A stretch of 64,000 nucleotides of DNA from the human T2T-CHM13v2.0 reference genome, Homo sapiens: NCBI RefSeq assembly GCF_009914755.1, contig NC_060943.1. One strand, 5' to 3'. The translations under genes were made by a program, and so were the position numbers. Numbering within the stretch: position 1 is the first letter of the stretch; each line of letters starts with the position of its first letter. This document shows positions 1 to 18,974 of the stretch, in pieces. Under the pieces are notes generated by a model. The model saw only the letters and a program-made list of their open reading frames with translations, had not been told where the DNA came from and did not search any database.

Positions 1-2
1 AG

Positions 3-1868
<1,866 letters not shown>

Positions 1869-3189
1869 CACGATGAAAGGTTTTGTGTGGAGAGCATGTA
1901 CATGCCTTTCTGGGAAAACAGTCCACAGCTCTTATTCTCAGCAGGCTTCACGGTGAAAAAAGGTTAGAACTCTTGCTACAGAGCTGTGGAAGCAGCCAGG
2001 TGAGGGGCCTGCCAAGGGCACTCTGGGCACTACCTGGGCACTCTCGAGCCCATCATCCCCTAGGCAGGCTGCACTGCTTGGTATTTGCAGAGCTGAGGGG
2101 GTGGGGCATGTGGGGACTGTGAAATCGCCCTGAGATGACCCACAGTCCTCAGCTGGGAAGTGAGCGCTGCATCTCCTGCAGCGTCCTCCATCCCTACAGC
2201 CATGGGGCCAGGAGAACCGGCCCTTGCAGCAAGTGAGAAGCCTATTATTGATTCCCTCCCTAGCCATGTAGACAGTGAACCAAGACACTCATATCAGGTA
2301 AATGCCTTGTTCTCTGTTACCAAGGTAACCAGTAGGCATTCCCAGATACAGCGAAGGTCCTCACACCAAGATATGCACCTGGCCACCTGAGGAAAGAGAA
2401 AGGACTATCTGAGGGGATAGGGCTGAGCTGGGTGTGGAGTGGTCCTTGTGGGTCTTGGAGAGTGGGAGGGGGAGCAGCATGAGCCAGGCCTCGAGGCAGA
2501 AGGACAACCAGGAGACAGCCTGGAAAAAGTGCTGGACCCACAAGGGCTCTAGGCTGGCCAGAGGGGAGGTGGGATAGGCTGTAAAGTCCTGAGGTCTGAA
2601 GATTGGCCCTGGCAGGAAGAAACCAGGTAAGGTGGGGTGTTACCTACACCCTCGGGGCCAGATGCAGGCCAGAGCCAGCCAATTACCAGGCCCTTAGGGA
2701 GGTGTGAGCCCCTTGAAATGATGCAAGGTTTTTTGTTTTTGTTTTGGAGACGGAGTTTCGCTCTTGTCACACAGGCTGGCACCTTTGCCCAGAGCAGGCA
2801 CCAAGACTTCTTGCTCTGGGTGTGACCTCAGTCTGGGTAAAAGCCCCAGCCCCCACCAGCACCACCTACCCCCTAGACTACTTCAGGTGCTGAGCCCAAG
2901 CCAGGGGCAGGAAGCTAAACTGATGCCTAGGGTAATCCCAACAAAGTCCCTGGTTCCCCGCAGCTATGGGGCTGACGGGGAATTACAGCCCAAACCCCAG
3001 ATGCTGGCTCTCAAACTAACACTGAGCCCTCAGTGCCCACAGGGAGATACAATCAGCACACTTTCCAGATGGGGAAATGGGATCAGAGAAGTGCAACAGC
3101 CTTGCCCAATGCCCCAGACCAGGGCTCCAGGCCCAGAGTGTTCTTTTGTCACTGTGTTCAGAGGGCAGCAGCTGCTGTGATGTACCCAC

Positions 3190-4493
<1,304 letters not shown>

Positions 4494-5012
4494 CTTGAAA
4501 AAGAAAAAATGGTCATTACTGAAGGAACCATCTTAGGTTACAGCCACCTCTGGGTCAATTCCCAACATTCAAAAGCTGAGCAGGGCTTTAAAGCTATCTT
4601 ATTAATAATTATTTCTGTATTGCGAACTTCAGCATACTTTTTTCTAGTTACATTTGAAATGTTATTCTTTTGGGATGTGCTCAAGTGAGTACTGCTTTTT
4701 CCTCTGCCTTGCTTCATTACTTTTTAGTTTCCTTCATTTGAATCATCATTGTAAGTCTCCCCTTCTCCTCAAATAACTTTCAAATTGCTGCCAAGAACTA
4801 TGTTCTATCTTAAGGCTTTTGAGAAAAAACTTTCAATGAAGATAGCCGCCTAAAGTTATACAAATATAGAAGAAACGGGATAAAATAAAGCTTAGATTGG
4901 AAAAAATATTTAAGATTCTACAAAATTCACGCGTAAACAAGGGAAGCTGAGTAATTGTATGTTCAAATACTTTTAACAAGTGCAAAACATGTAGGCTTAA
5001 AGAAATAGAGCT

Positions 5013-6935
<1,923 letters not shown>

Positions 6936-9384
6936 TAAAAAAAAGACTCCATTTCAAAAACAAAACTAAAACCAAAAACACAACACAAATGTAGTACACA
7001 AATGAAAATAATTACTGTGTTAAACACAGCTTCATAGAAAATAAAAGACCAATCAAATACAATAAGCTGCCTTTTTAGATGGGTATGTTATTCTTCTTTC
7101 ACAGCTAAAGAAACAGGCTCAGAGAATGTTATTTGATTGGACCGTGTTGCATTTCTGGACAGTGCAGCTGAGATCAGACTTTGTGTGTAACTCCACTAGC
7201 CTACCAGGGTGCCTCTCATGAAGGTAAGAAATGTAAATCTGGCCTAATATACAAAGTTGCCAGGGCAGCACTGGGTCAATTCTACATACAGTACTTCTAT
7301 GTTCATCAAGGGAAACCTTAAGGGAAAGTGAAAATGCTTCTAGAAGGCGACTGGACACCAGCGCCTTTGCTTGTTGCCTTTGGGCTCTTCTTCTAAGGCC
7401 AACAGTGACCTGAAATTATTGACTGGCTTTTCCAATCAAGTGGACAAAATGGTACCAAGGTCGCCAACATCGATGTAGAACATCGATGTTCTACAACATT
7501 GCTTAACGCAAGGGGAGACGCTCCTGACTCAGAGTGTTTAATTGCTCACCTACTTCTTTTTCTGCCCTCTTGGGCTTCTGAAATGAAAAGAACCCTGGGG
7601 TGATACAGTGAGTCAAAGGGGTGCCAGCCGCATCACAGCAAAACAGATTCCTAAAAAATCCCTGGCCTAAGATGACAGCCTTGGCTGGATCAGTTTGAAT
7701 GTGCTGATAGTGGACATGGTAGAATGAAGGTGGTTGAAATGTTCATATTAAAGAACTTCCACCCAGATTGCAAGAAAAGAGAGAGGAATGGAGATGGCAG
7801 CACGAGCCCCTACAATAAAAGCAGATGTTTTGAGATCAGTTATATTTCTTCTGACAAAAATTAAAGATAGAAACCAAAGTTTAGCCTGAGACTACAATTA
7901 ATTGGGCAATAAGCCAGAGGCACATATGGCATAGACAGATTTAAACATTTCTCCCTGATATTAATACAAACACTAAAATTACAAATGCATGGATTCCAAA
8001 TAAAACAAATATTTAAAAAATTTAATGAATAAACACTGGGGTCTACAGTAGTATTTGAAGGAGATCTCACAAACAGGTTTGGTTTTTGAAGGTTAGAACT
8101 GGTGGTCTAGAGAATTCATTTCATTCCAGAGAAAGAAAGAGAGGAATTTCTTGGGTTCCTTCAGGAATGCATCTAGCTTTGCCTCATCTTTGTTTGAACT
8201 ATGGATACGGCAGAAGAAAACATGAGGATTTCACAGATTTAAGGTACAAAAAGTCACTGGGTTCTCTAAGAAGTCTGGGATTCTTCTGCTGGAAAAATAA
8301 GTTTGTTGAGAAAAAATGAGTTGGAGGAAGCTGTTATTGAAGTCAAGCAGAATTGTTTTTACTAATCTGCTTATTACCCACTCTGTAGTGTGGAAACAAA
8401 TTATTCATGCACAAGGTCCTCTTACTGTTCCTAGAATGCAGTGGAAAGAGAACAGATTAGTTTTCCTCCCTCAGAACACAATCCCTAGAAACAACCTACC
8501 TCAGATGAGATATTGCCTAATTATTTTCAAAAGACAGTGAAACATCATGGATGTAAATGTTTGCTGCAAAATAAATACATGCTAGAAACAGAAGCATCTG
8601 GGTCACAGCTATATTAGAGCTACCTGTGTTCCCCTGTCACTGACATTAAAACAAAAATGTCCAATACAATCATTCACAGCGTGGGAGAGGGGAAGTTGAA
8701 GGATGGAAAGGCCAGGCATAAAAGGATTTCAGAATTTCCGTCCATAAGGAAGTGGCTTTGTGCACTGTCTGTTACTGTGTGCAAGGTGAAATTTGAAGAA
8801 TGAAAACGTGCAGTAACAAGGGCTCCTTTGTCCAACTCACCTCTCCAGATACCAAGTTTCAGACATGTTGCATTTTAATTGAAAGGTTGATATAATTTTT
8901 TTTAAAGAACACTTGCGGTGTTTGAAGTGACAAAGGCTGCTGTGACAAAAAAGCAGGGAAAGGGAATTTTTTTTTAAAAGCAAACAACAACAACAAAAAC
9001 CCCACAGAAAAGCAAACAACAAACAAACAAAAAACAGAGGAAGAAGTCGAACACCCTGGGCTGTGACTACTTCCAGGAAGGGGCTACAAGAGGCAGTTGG
9101 AAATTCTATTTGTTTTGCAACTGTGGGTTTTCCGGCCCGCTTCCTTTCTAAAGTATATTACTCTGCTTTTGGTTCATGAAGTTATCCATTTCTGTTTTCT
9201 GGAACAGCTATGTATTTTCTTTATCTATCATCTATCTATCTATTTACCATCTATCTTTTCTACCTTTCGCTATCAAGAGCTTGGGTCAAGCAGGATAGAA
9301 TTCCAGTGTATGTTCACTCTACCATTTAAAACAAGAGCTCTTGTAGGCATTCTCCATCACATCATAAACCTGAGCTTTCTAAAA

Positions 9385-9605
9385 CAGGGTGTGGCAAACT
9401 ACCATGCATGGACCATGTCTGACACAGTCTGCGTTTGTAAGTAAAGTTGTAATGGGACACAGCCAATACATGTGTTACATAATGTCTCTGGCTATTTTCA
9501 TGGTATAATGGAAGAGCTGAGTCATTGAGAGAGAGACCATATGGCTTGGAAAACTTAAAATATTTAACATTTAGCCCCTTGCAGAAAATACTTGCTGACT
9601 CTTGT
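9385..9605 (+). mobile_element. MER58-like DNA transposon
   Basis: CAGGGTGTGGCAAACTA...CCCTTGCAGAAAATACTTGCTGACTCTTG termini. Confidence 0.6.
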
Positions 9606-10786
9606 TTAAAAGATCTCTGTTTAGAATGCTACCTATTGAGTTCTGGATAGAATCACAACTCTTTACCACAATCGACACTGCTTCAGCCCTGCTTCTATAT
9701 CCAGCCTCATCTATTTCTGCTCCTCCTCATTTTCCTTCTGGCCATGCTGATGGATTGTCAGCTTCCCAGATGTGTGAGAATCTCTCCTCCCTTCCTAACA
9801 TTCTCATGCTCTCCCTCTGCCTCTCAAGAACTTCCTGCCCCATCTCTCATGACAAATCCTTTCTACATTCTTTAAGATGCAGCCCTTTTGCTCCTTCCTT
9901 AAGGATGTCTTGTCTGGCTCTATTTTGGGTGACGTGCTCCTTCTGCATCTCCCAGAGCCAGCCTGTGTGTGTCAGCTACAACATTTCTTTGCATCTCTGT
10001 GTCATATATCACCAAATCTGCCTAAGCTTGCATGAGTCACTGCATGACAACTTCAGACTCCACCAGCATTGTCCCCACTAACCACAAGGCTTAGACATTC
10101 GTCCAGTATGCTCGGGGTTGTGGGGTGGTAGCAGTAACTGGCTGGTGACCATCATTTCTTACATCAGAATCAAATCTGTAGATCTCTGCCATTCATAAGT
10201 ATTTGGAGTTTAAAATTAGCATAAAGATTTTCCTTAAAATAAGAAGAAAGGCCTTGAGTAGGCTTTTGGAACATAGGATGTTTCCACTGGTTCATTTCTG
10301 TGTTCAATATTCCCACATGAATCTGAACACGACTCTGCTCTTAGTAGCTATGTGACCCTGGGAAAGTCACTCAATCTCCCTCAGCTAAATTTTGTTGTGT
10401 GAGTAATGAGGAGAGAGTTGTGATTTGTATTTAGTGAATAATAACAAACAAAAGGCATTTAGCTTTCTGGAACCTGGTATGTAGTAGAACCTCATGAAAT
10501 ACTAGCTCTGTTGATAAAACTAGACTGAAAGAAGCTTTCAAAGTCAACAACAGTTTGAGGCAGTGAAGGACGTAGAGGAGAAGCTGCTGCTGCAGCCTGT
10601 AGCTCCTGGAAGCCCGTTTTGTCCATGATTTAGCAGGAATGCATTACCCTTCCATGAGGAGGCACAGCCCACAGAAACCAAGGCCATTCTTTGAAGAAAA
10701 ACATGTCTTAATAGGGTTTACATTATGTAACAGTGTAATACAAATAATAATTTATTATTAGTAATAATATAAAATTATTTACAGTA

Positions 10787-11256
10787 CCGTAACCCTAACT
10801 CTAACCCCTAATCCTAACCCTAACCCCTAACCCTAATCCTAACCCAAACCCTAACCCTAACCCAACCCTAACCCTAACCCAACTCTAACCCAAACCTGAC
10901 CCTAGCCCCTAAACCTAACCCTAACCCCTAACTCCTAACCCTAACCCTAACCCCTAACCCTAACCCTAACCTTAACCCCTAACCCCTATCCCTAACCCTA
11001 ACCCCTAACCCCATAACCCCAACCCTAAACCCAACCCCAACCCCAACCCCTGACCCTGACCCTGACCCTGACCCCGACCCCTAACCCTAAACCCTAACCC
11101 CTGACCCTAACCCTACCCCTAGCCCAAACCCGAACCCTAACCCTAACCCCTAACCCTAACCCCTAACCCTAACCCTACTCCAACCCCAACCCCAACCCTA
11201 ACCCCTAACCCCTAATCCCCTAACCCTAACCCCTAACCCTCACCCTAACCCTAAAC
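10787..11256 (+). repeat. Interstitial degenerate telomere tract (CCCTAA)n with CCCTGA/CCCCAA/CCCGAA variants
   Basis: ~470 bp of CCCTAA-based hexamers read directly; orientation as at a p-arm terminus. Confidence 0.98.
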
Positions 11257-12094
11257 CACATGAGCAATGTGGGTGTTATATTTTGGGTGTCATGTGTGCC
11301 TTAGGAATGCTGCATTTGTATTCCAACGCTGCAACTGGACCCTGCAATGCAGCCCCTCGCCTTGCCTTGGGAGAATCTCGGTGCGCAGGATTCAGAGGGG
11401 CTTTTGGTTTCCCGTTTTCCACACTGAACCGTTCTAACTGGTCTCTGCCCTTGATTATTCACGGCTGCAACCGGGAAAGATTTAATTCACCGTCGATGCG
11501 GCCCCGAGTTGTCCCAAAGCCAGGCAGTGCCCCCAACGTCTGTGCTTAGGAGAATGCTGCTCCACCTTTACGGTGTCCCCCAGGTCTGTGCTAAGCAGAA
11601 CGCAGCTCCGCCCTCGCGGTGCCCTCAGCCCGCCCGCCCGGGTCTGACCTGAGGAGAACTCTGCTCCGCCTTCGCAGTACCACTGAAATCTGTGCAGATG
11701 AGAACGCAGCTCCGCCCTCGCGATGCTCTCCGCGTCTGTGCTGAGGAGAACCCAACTCCGCTCTCGCAAAGGCACGGCGCGCCGGCGCCGGCGCAGGCAG
11801 GCGCGGCGCGCCCGCGCAGGCGCTGTTCGGGAGACGCGGCGCAGGGCATAGACGCACGCCTCCGCGTCCCCGGAGGGGAGGGGTCTCTGGGCGGGCGGGA
11901 GTGAGGCGCGGCGCAGGTGCAGGCGCAGAGACGCACGTCGCTGGGCTCAGGGTGGCGGGGCGTGTTGCAGGTGTACAGTCGCACGCCGCTGGGCGGGGAG
12001 CGCGGGAATGGCGAGGTGCAGGCGCAGACACACGTCCCCGGCGGCGCGGCGCACAGACGGGTGGAACCTGAGTAATCTGAAAAGCCCGGTTCGG

Positions 12095-12720
12095 GTGCCC
12101 CCTGCTTGTACCCGGGCACTACAGGACCCGCTTGCCCACGGTGCTGTGCCATTGCGCCCCCTGCTGGCGACTAGGGCAACTGCAGGGCCCTCTTCCTTAC
12201 AGTGGTGTCCAGCGCCCCCTGCCGGTGCCGGGGCACGGCAGGGCTCTCTTGCTCGCAGTATACTGGCGGCACGCCGCCTGCTGGCAGCTAGGGACATTGC
12301 AGGGCCCTCTTGCTCACATTGTAGTGGCAGCACACCCGCCTGCTGGCAGCTGGGGACACTGCTGGGCCCTCTTGCTTGCAGTGTAGTCGGGGCATGCCCT
12401 CTTCTGTCCGCTGGGGGCACTACAGGATCCTCTTGCTCACAGTGTAGTGGCAGCACGCCCCCTGCTGGCAACCAGGGCACTTCACGGTCCTCTTGCTCAT
12501 GGTGTGGTGCCCCTACGCCACCTCCTGGCAGCTAAGGACTCTGCAGGGCCCTCTTGCTCACAGTGTAGTCGTCGTTCGCCCCCTGCTGGCAGCTAGGGAC
12601 ACTGCCGGGCCCTCTTGCTGACACTGTCGTGGCTGCACGCCACCTGCAGGCAGATGGGGACTAGGCAGGGCCCTCTTGCTCCCGGTGTGACGGCTGGCGT
12701 CCCCTACTGGCCGCCTCCTG
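12095..12720. repeat. 61-bp tandem array (~10 copies) containing CTCF motifs
   Basis: Unit GCCCCCTGCTGGCAGCTAGGGACACTGCAGGGCCCTCTTGCTCACAGTGTAGTGGCAGCAC with ~61-bp spacing. Confidence 0.9.
12155..12590 (-). promoter_or_regulatory. Clustered co-oriented CTCF motifs (GCCAGCAGGGGGCG) at 12155-12168, 12456-12469 and 12577-12590
   Basis: Three exact CGCCCCCTGCTGGC matches to the CTCF core; the other units carry degenerate copies. Confidence 0.8.
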
Positions 12721-13599
12721 CACCACTTAAAGTCAGAGCGCCAGTTATTAATCCCCATCAGTTCTGTAAATTAAAACTGAAAAGGAGCTATTACTGGGGA
12801 GAGCTGATGTCCCAGTTATTAACTTGGAAGAAAGATTTTCACCAAGAGGCAGTACAAAGATGGAAGATAACTTCATTGAAAAGAAATACAGTGTAAAGAG
12901 CTTATTGTAGGAAAATAGGGAGGAGTGGGTTCATAGTGCATGAAAACAGCCTAAGAGTCCTGTGCAGGGAATTTTATTTTGGACTTCTTCACATTCCTGC
13001 CTCTGTCTCAAGTCTATGCTTGTTTTCCTTGGTTTTCCTGCTACTGCCTTAGGTCCCTGACTTGCCCCACTTAGGCTTGTGGGACCTCCTGTTGATTGAG
13101 GTACACGTGGGGTGATGAATCTGAATCCACTCTGGCACCAACCTCCTTCCTGCCATCCCAGGCAGGCTGACAGCAGTCACGTTTGTATCTACTGCACCTG
13201 CCTCTTTTGAATGTCTTTCTCTGCCCTAATCTGTACTTATGGTGCCAGGTTTCTCTTAGGAATGTCCCCTTTGTCCTTCTTATCAGCATGTAGCTAGCAA
13301 TATTCTGACATTTTTATTGCAGAGTGAATGATGATTGGGGCATCTTAAGAGAAGTTCTAGGGTGTTTCTGCGTAGGTACCTCTTCTCCCTCCTAACCACA
13401 ATTGACAAGTGCCCATCCTCTCCAGCACTGGAGATGCTACTAATATGTGCATTTTTGGTGGTCCCTCCAGGTGAGCCTTCACAGACTTTCCCTTTTCCAG
13501 GAGCTCCCCCTCCTGTTCATGTCTAGCTAGCTATCTACTCTAACAGAGCCCACTATCCTGTGTCTTTCCCAAAAATAGTGAGGGAATTATTAATTGGAA

Positions 13600-14170
13600 A
13601 CCATAAGAAATCATATGCATGTAGATGAAAACTTTACAACTTACACAAATAATCACTCAAAATCATCCTTACACTAAAAAAGCAAAACTATACAATTTCT
13701 AGAAGAAACTATAGAAGAAAAGCTATGTGCCTTTGCGTTTGGTAATGAATTTTAACAAATGACACAGAAGGTTGATATACACAGAAGAAATGACAATGTG
13801 GATTTCTTAATATTTACAGTTTATACTCTGGAAGAGACCTTGTTAAGAGAACCAAAAGACAAGCCACATATTGAAGAAAATATTTGCAAAATACAGATCT
13901 GAGAATTTGTATTCAAAATACATAAAAAATTGTTAAAACTAAACAATAAGTTAAACAGCCCAATTAAAAATGCACACAGATCTGAACAGACGCCTCACCA
14001 AAGAAGATCTACAGATGGCAAGTACACTTACAAAAAGATGCTCAACATACTAGAGAACTAAAAACCACAAAAAGATAGCACAGCTGGTCTATATCTCTTA
14101 GAACTGCTAAACTCTTTAACAAATGACAAATTGCTGGAGGAAAAACAAGAACTCTTTTCATTGCCGGTGG
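13600..14170 (+). mobile_element. Old L1 (L1M-type) ORF2/3' fragment
   Basis: CTAGAAGAAACTATAGAAGAAAAGC...AATATTTGCAAAATAC...ACAGCCCAATTAAAAA, typical L1 3' ORF2 sequence. Confidence 0.7.
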
Positions 14171-14174
14171 AACA

Positions 14175-14760
14175 CAGTGTATAAGACCAAAATATGCCAC
14201 CCCAAAATATAATGGTAGGAAACCAGAATATGCAACCCCAAAATATGTCCCTTTGGCTTAAGAATTATTCCAAGCTAATTATTTTGAAAAAAAAAATGCT
14301 AACAAAGGAAGTTGTGAAAACAGAGTAGAAGTTACACTTGTGTAAGGAAAATTTACATCTATAAAGGAAATCACCATTTAAAAGCTACCTCTCTCGACAC
14401 CAAGAAGAGAAGGATAACTAAATCACTAAAGAGTCTTATCAATGGAGAATGCATGGACTTAAGTCTGTATAACGAACCTTACCCTTGTCTAATGTGCTTT
14501 TGCTGGTTAACTCCCCAATACTGCACCTCAAATCTTCTTTCTTTAAGTTGAAGACAGTACTTATGCTTGAATTGAAAGCCACCTGTTGGAGATTTACTCA
14601 TTTTTCCCTGAGTATCTCCCATGTAACCATAAGGTATACGTGTTTTTCTACTTTTCTGTTTTTCTCATTTTAATCTGTCAGTTTTTACAGAGCATCCCAT
14701 CTAAGAATTCTGAAAACAGAAAATTATTTTTCCTCCCCTATTACAAGTTGGGCATTTTTT
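14175..14760 (+). mobile_element. ERV1 LTR (MER34-like) inserted in the L1
   Basis: GACCAAAATATGCCACCCCAAAATAT start; a paralogous copy lies at 27370-27600. Confidence 0.6.
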
Positions 14761-15147
14761 TCCAAAGCTAAACAAGTCTCACCTTACAATCCAAAAATAA
14801 CATTCCTAAGTATTTTGACAACTACTTTGATGTTATTTCCAATCAAAAGCTACCATGCAATTATTTACATAAGCCCTATTCATAATGACCAAAGGAAAAA
14901 AACGGAATCAGAAAGTCTTACAATAGATGACTGTGTGGGAATCCACTCAGACATCAAAAGTTGTTATAAAGATTATTTAAATGAAAACATTTGAGATACT
15001 GAAGATAAAAGAAGAAATCTTACCACAACTTACTTTGTCCAATTAAAGCAGAGCTCCCAGAAAAATACAGCTGCCATTAACCCCATCCAAGGAGTTTCTT
15101 GCAAATTCAGCTGCCATGAAGACAGTGTACTCTTTCGCATTAGCATT

Positions 15148-16117
<970 letters not shown>

Positions 16118-17227
16118 TTATGAACCTCATCATTCTTCCGTTGACAGCATTAAAAGGTTCAAAAAGACCTTTCCATACTCTCCCACAGAAGCCCTAGAAA
16201 TTGTCATTTTGTTCATCATTCTGGATGCCTGAGAACTTGTAATCCAATGAGTAGAAAGTTTGGTACCCCATTTATGGCTGTCAACCTGCCAGTTCTCAGG
16301 AGTTTGTATAAAAGCCTAAATCTGAAAGGATCTCATCCCATTAGGACCCTTGTCTCCTTTTCTGTTGCCTTTGCCCACTGGCTCTGGCAACAGGGGTCTT
16401 TCTTTCTCCTTGGCTATCTTTGGATATGGGGGCTCCGTCTTCTGTGCCACCTTAGGGAATGCCTTTTGCAGGCATGGCTAAGTCATTAAAAAGCCTTCAG
16501 TTTCAGTAACATTTTGAGTGAGTACTCTCTGAAGCTGCGTTGGAATCTCAGGCTTCTTTGTCTGGAAGATAACTCTTGGGCTACAAGTTTCTTATCCTAG
16601 CTTTGGTTTTGAGGCCTCTCTGTTCTCCTCTTGGGTTGGAAGTTATTCCTGGCTTTTTGTTTCAAGGTGTCTCTGTGATCTTGAACTTGCTCCTTTCATG
16701 AGAACTTCTCAGTTGACTAAATTCTCCCTTCTCAAACCTCTGCTATGTGTTCCACCAATATGGAACTAATTCTACTTCCTTTCCTGTTTACATGATTTTA
16801 CTAAGAATTATTTAGAAATTTAATTGCTCCTTTGAGAAAATTTTTATCTTCCAAATTGCCTCCTTTTAGACTTTTCCTTTCCCAGTTGAGTCTCTCAACT
16901 CCCTGTAATCACTGAAACTTTAGGCACCCCACTCCATGCCTTGGAGGCTCTCAATGTGCTCAAGAATCTGCAAAAGCAAACACCTGGGGCTGAAAAATAA
17001 AATAGAAAAAAAAAATATTTCTCATCCTCCATAAGATTGTATGTGAAAACAAAAGAAAACCTTAAAAATCTCCAAAAATATTGGTGAGAAAAAAGCCTTA
17101 GCCCTCATATGAAGAAGAAAAAACTTGTTCCATTTTCCAGTTACACAGTTATAATACAAATATAAAATGAGGCAAAGACAAAAACCAAGTCTTCTATATA
17201 AACTAGTGAATTTTGTAGTATTGCAAT

Positions 17228-18075
17228 CACATTAGTCAGGGTTCTCCAGAAGGCAGAATCAATAGGATATATGTAGATAGATGAGAGAAGATTCATTAGG
17301 GGAATTGGTTCACATAATTATGGAGGCTGAGAAGTTCCACAATAGCCTGTCTCCAAGTTGGAGAACCAGGAAAGCTGGTAGCGTGGCTCACTCCAGATAC
17401 AAAGGACTCAGAATCAGGGAAGCCAATAGTGTAACTCTGATTCTGAGGCCAAAGGTCTGAGACCCTGAAGTTCTGATGTCAAGGGCAGGAGAAGAAGGAT
17501 GTTTCCATTTCAGAAGGAGATAATTCACCTTTCCTCTTCCTTGTTGTTTTATCTGGGCTCTCAACCAATTGGATGGTGCCTGTATTCATCCATTTTTATA
17601 CAGCTATGAAGAAATACCTGAGTCTGAGCAATTTATAAAGAACAAAGAGGTTGAATGGGCTGACAGTTCCACATGGCTGCAGGGCCCTCACAATCATGGC
17701 AGAAGGGGAAGCAAAGCTGTCCTTCTTCACAAGGCAGCAACAAGGAGAAGTGCTGAGCCAAAGGGGAAAAGCCCCTTATAAAACCATGAGATCATGAGAA
17801 CTCACTCACTGTCATGGGAACAGCATGGCAGTAACCACCACCATGATTCAGTCACCTCCCACTGGGTCCCTCCCACGACATGTAGGGATTATAGGAACTA
17901 CAATTCAAGATGAGATCTGGGTGGGGACACAGCCAAACCCTATCAGTGCCCATCCACACTGGATCATGCTTATCTCAGTGTCTTCCAGAAACACCCTCAC
18001 AGATATGCCCAGCAATTGTGTTTGACCAGCTGTGTGTGTCTCTCAATCCAGCCAAGTAGATGTCTACAATTAACC
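17228..18075. mobile_element. MLT2 LTR interrupted by a THE1 LTR (17581-17945)
   Basis: ATTAGTCAGGGTTCTCCAGA (MLT2 end). THE1 hallmarks: ATTCAAGATGAGATCTGGGTGGGGACACAGCCAAACC. MLT2 resumes with TTCCAGAAACACCCTCACAGA. Confidence 0.75.
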
Positions 18076-18480
18076 ATCAGAATATTTATGCTAGATTCAT
18101 GGCTGAAATTGTGTTTGACCAGCTATGTGTGTCTCTTAATCCAGTCAAGTAGATGTCTAAAATTAACCATCAGAATATTTATGCCTGATTCATGGCTGAA
18201 ATCGTGTTTGACCAGCTGTGTGTGTCCTTAATCCGATCAAGTAGATGTCTAAAATTAACCATCAGAATATTTATGCCTGATTCATGGCTGAAATCGTGTT
18301 TGACCAGCTGTGTGTGTCTCTCAATCCAGTCAAGTAGATGTCTAAAATTAACCATCAGAATATTTATGCCTGATTCATGGCTGAAATCGTGTTTGACCAG
18401 CTATGTGTGTCTCTTAATCCGATCAAGTGGATGTCTAAAATTAACCATCAGAATATTTATGCCTGATTCATGGCTGAAAT
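18014..18480. repeat. ~93-bp VNTR (5 copies) built from an MLT2 end plus flank
   Basis: AAT(T/C)GTGTTTGACCAGCT...TTAACCATCAGAATATTTATGCCTGATTCATGGCTGA repeated at ~93-bp spacing. Confidence 0.93.
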
Positions 18481-18974
18481 TTCAGGATGAAAGCTATGAA
18501 ATCTCTATTTCTGTTTGTACATCTATTAATGTATGTTATGTATATGTGATATTTTCTTAACTCCGGAGAGCATTGCAAAATTCATTTATAAAATCCTCTA
18601 AAAGTGCTCTATTCTAACTTGGCTTGGAAAAAAATAAGCATTTATAAATAAATATTCACCAAACTCCTAGAAATATAGGAACTGATCAAATGTTTTTTAA
18701 GTTAACACGATTTGGATAAAACTTAGTTAAATAAGATTAATATAATATTTTTGGGGTAGCCATTGTGGGTTATCAGATTCTAGTCTTGTTTCTTGTTTCT
18801 GGGCTATTTTTACCTCTTTGTAAACTGGATCCTGCCATCTGATGAATTTTGTCCCACAATGATACTTGGGCAACAAGAAGCCAAGTATTTTCTCTCCTAG
18901 TAATGTATCTATTGTCATTTAATTTGAAGGTCTTCAACCCTGGAACAAAGTTAGAAGAGGAAGGTTTTGATCCC

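Larger units (their letters stand above)
11257..12760. repeat. TAR1 telomere-associated repeat / TERRA-promoter CpG island (37-bp repeats ~11545-11770, vestigial 29-bp, 61-bp repeats)
   Basis: TCTGTGCTGAGGAGAACGCAGCTCCGCCCTCGC-type units next to the telomere tract, a CpG-dense GGCGCAGGCGC segment, then the 61-bp array. Confidence 0.92.

Noticed and set aside
9602-10081. 159-aa Ser/Leu-rich ORF
   Set aside because: Non-ATG start in pyrimidine-rich, old L2-like sequence; no recognisable protein.
10787-11256. Chromosome-2-type telomere fusion site
   Set aside because: Only CCCTAA orientation is present; there is no head-to-head TTAGGG/CCCTAA switch.
11591-12535. ORFs of 146-177 aa in TAR1
   Set aside because: They arise from GC-rich 37/61-bp tandem repeats, on both strands, with no recognisable protein.
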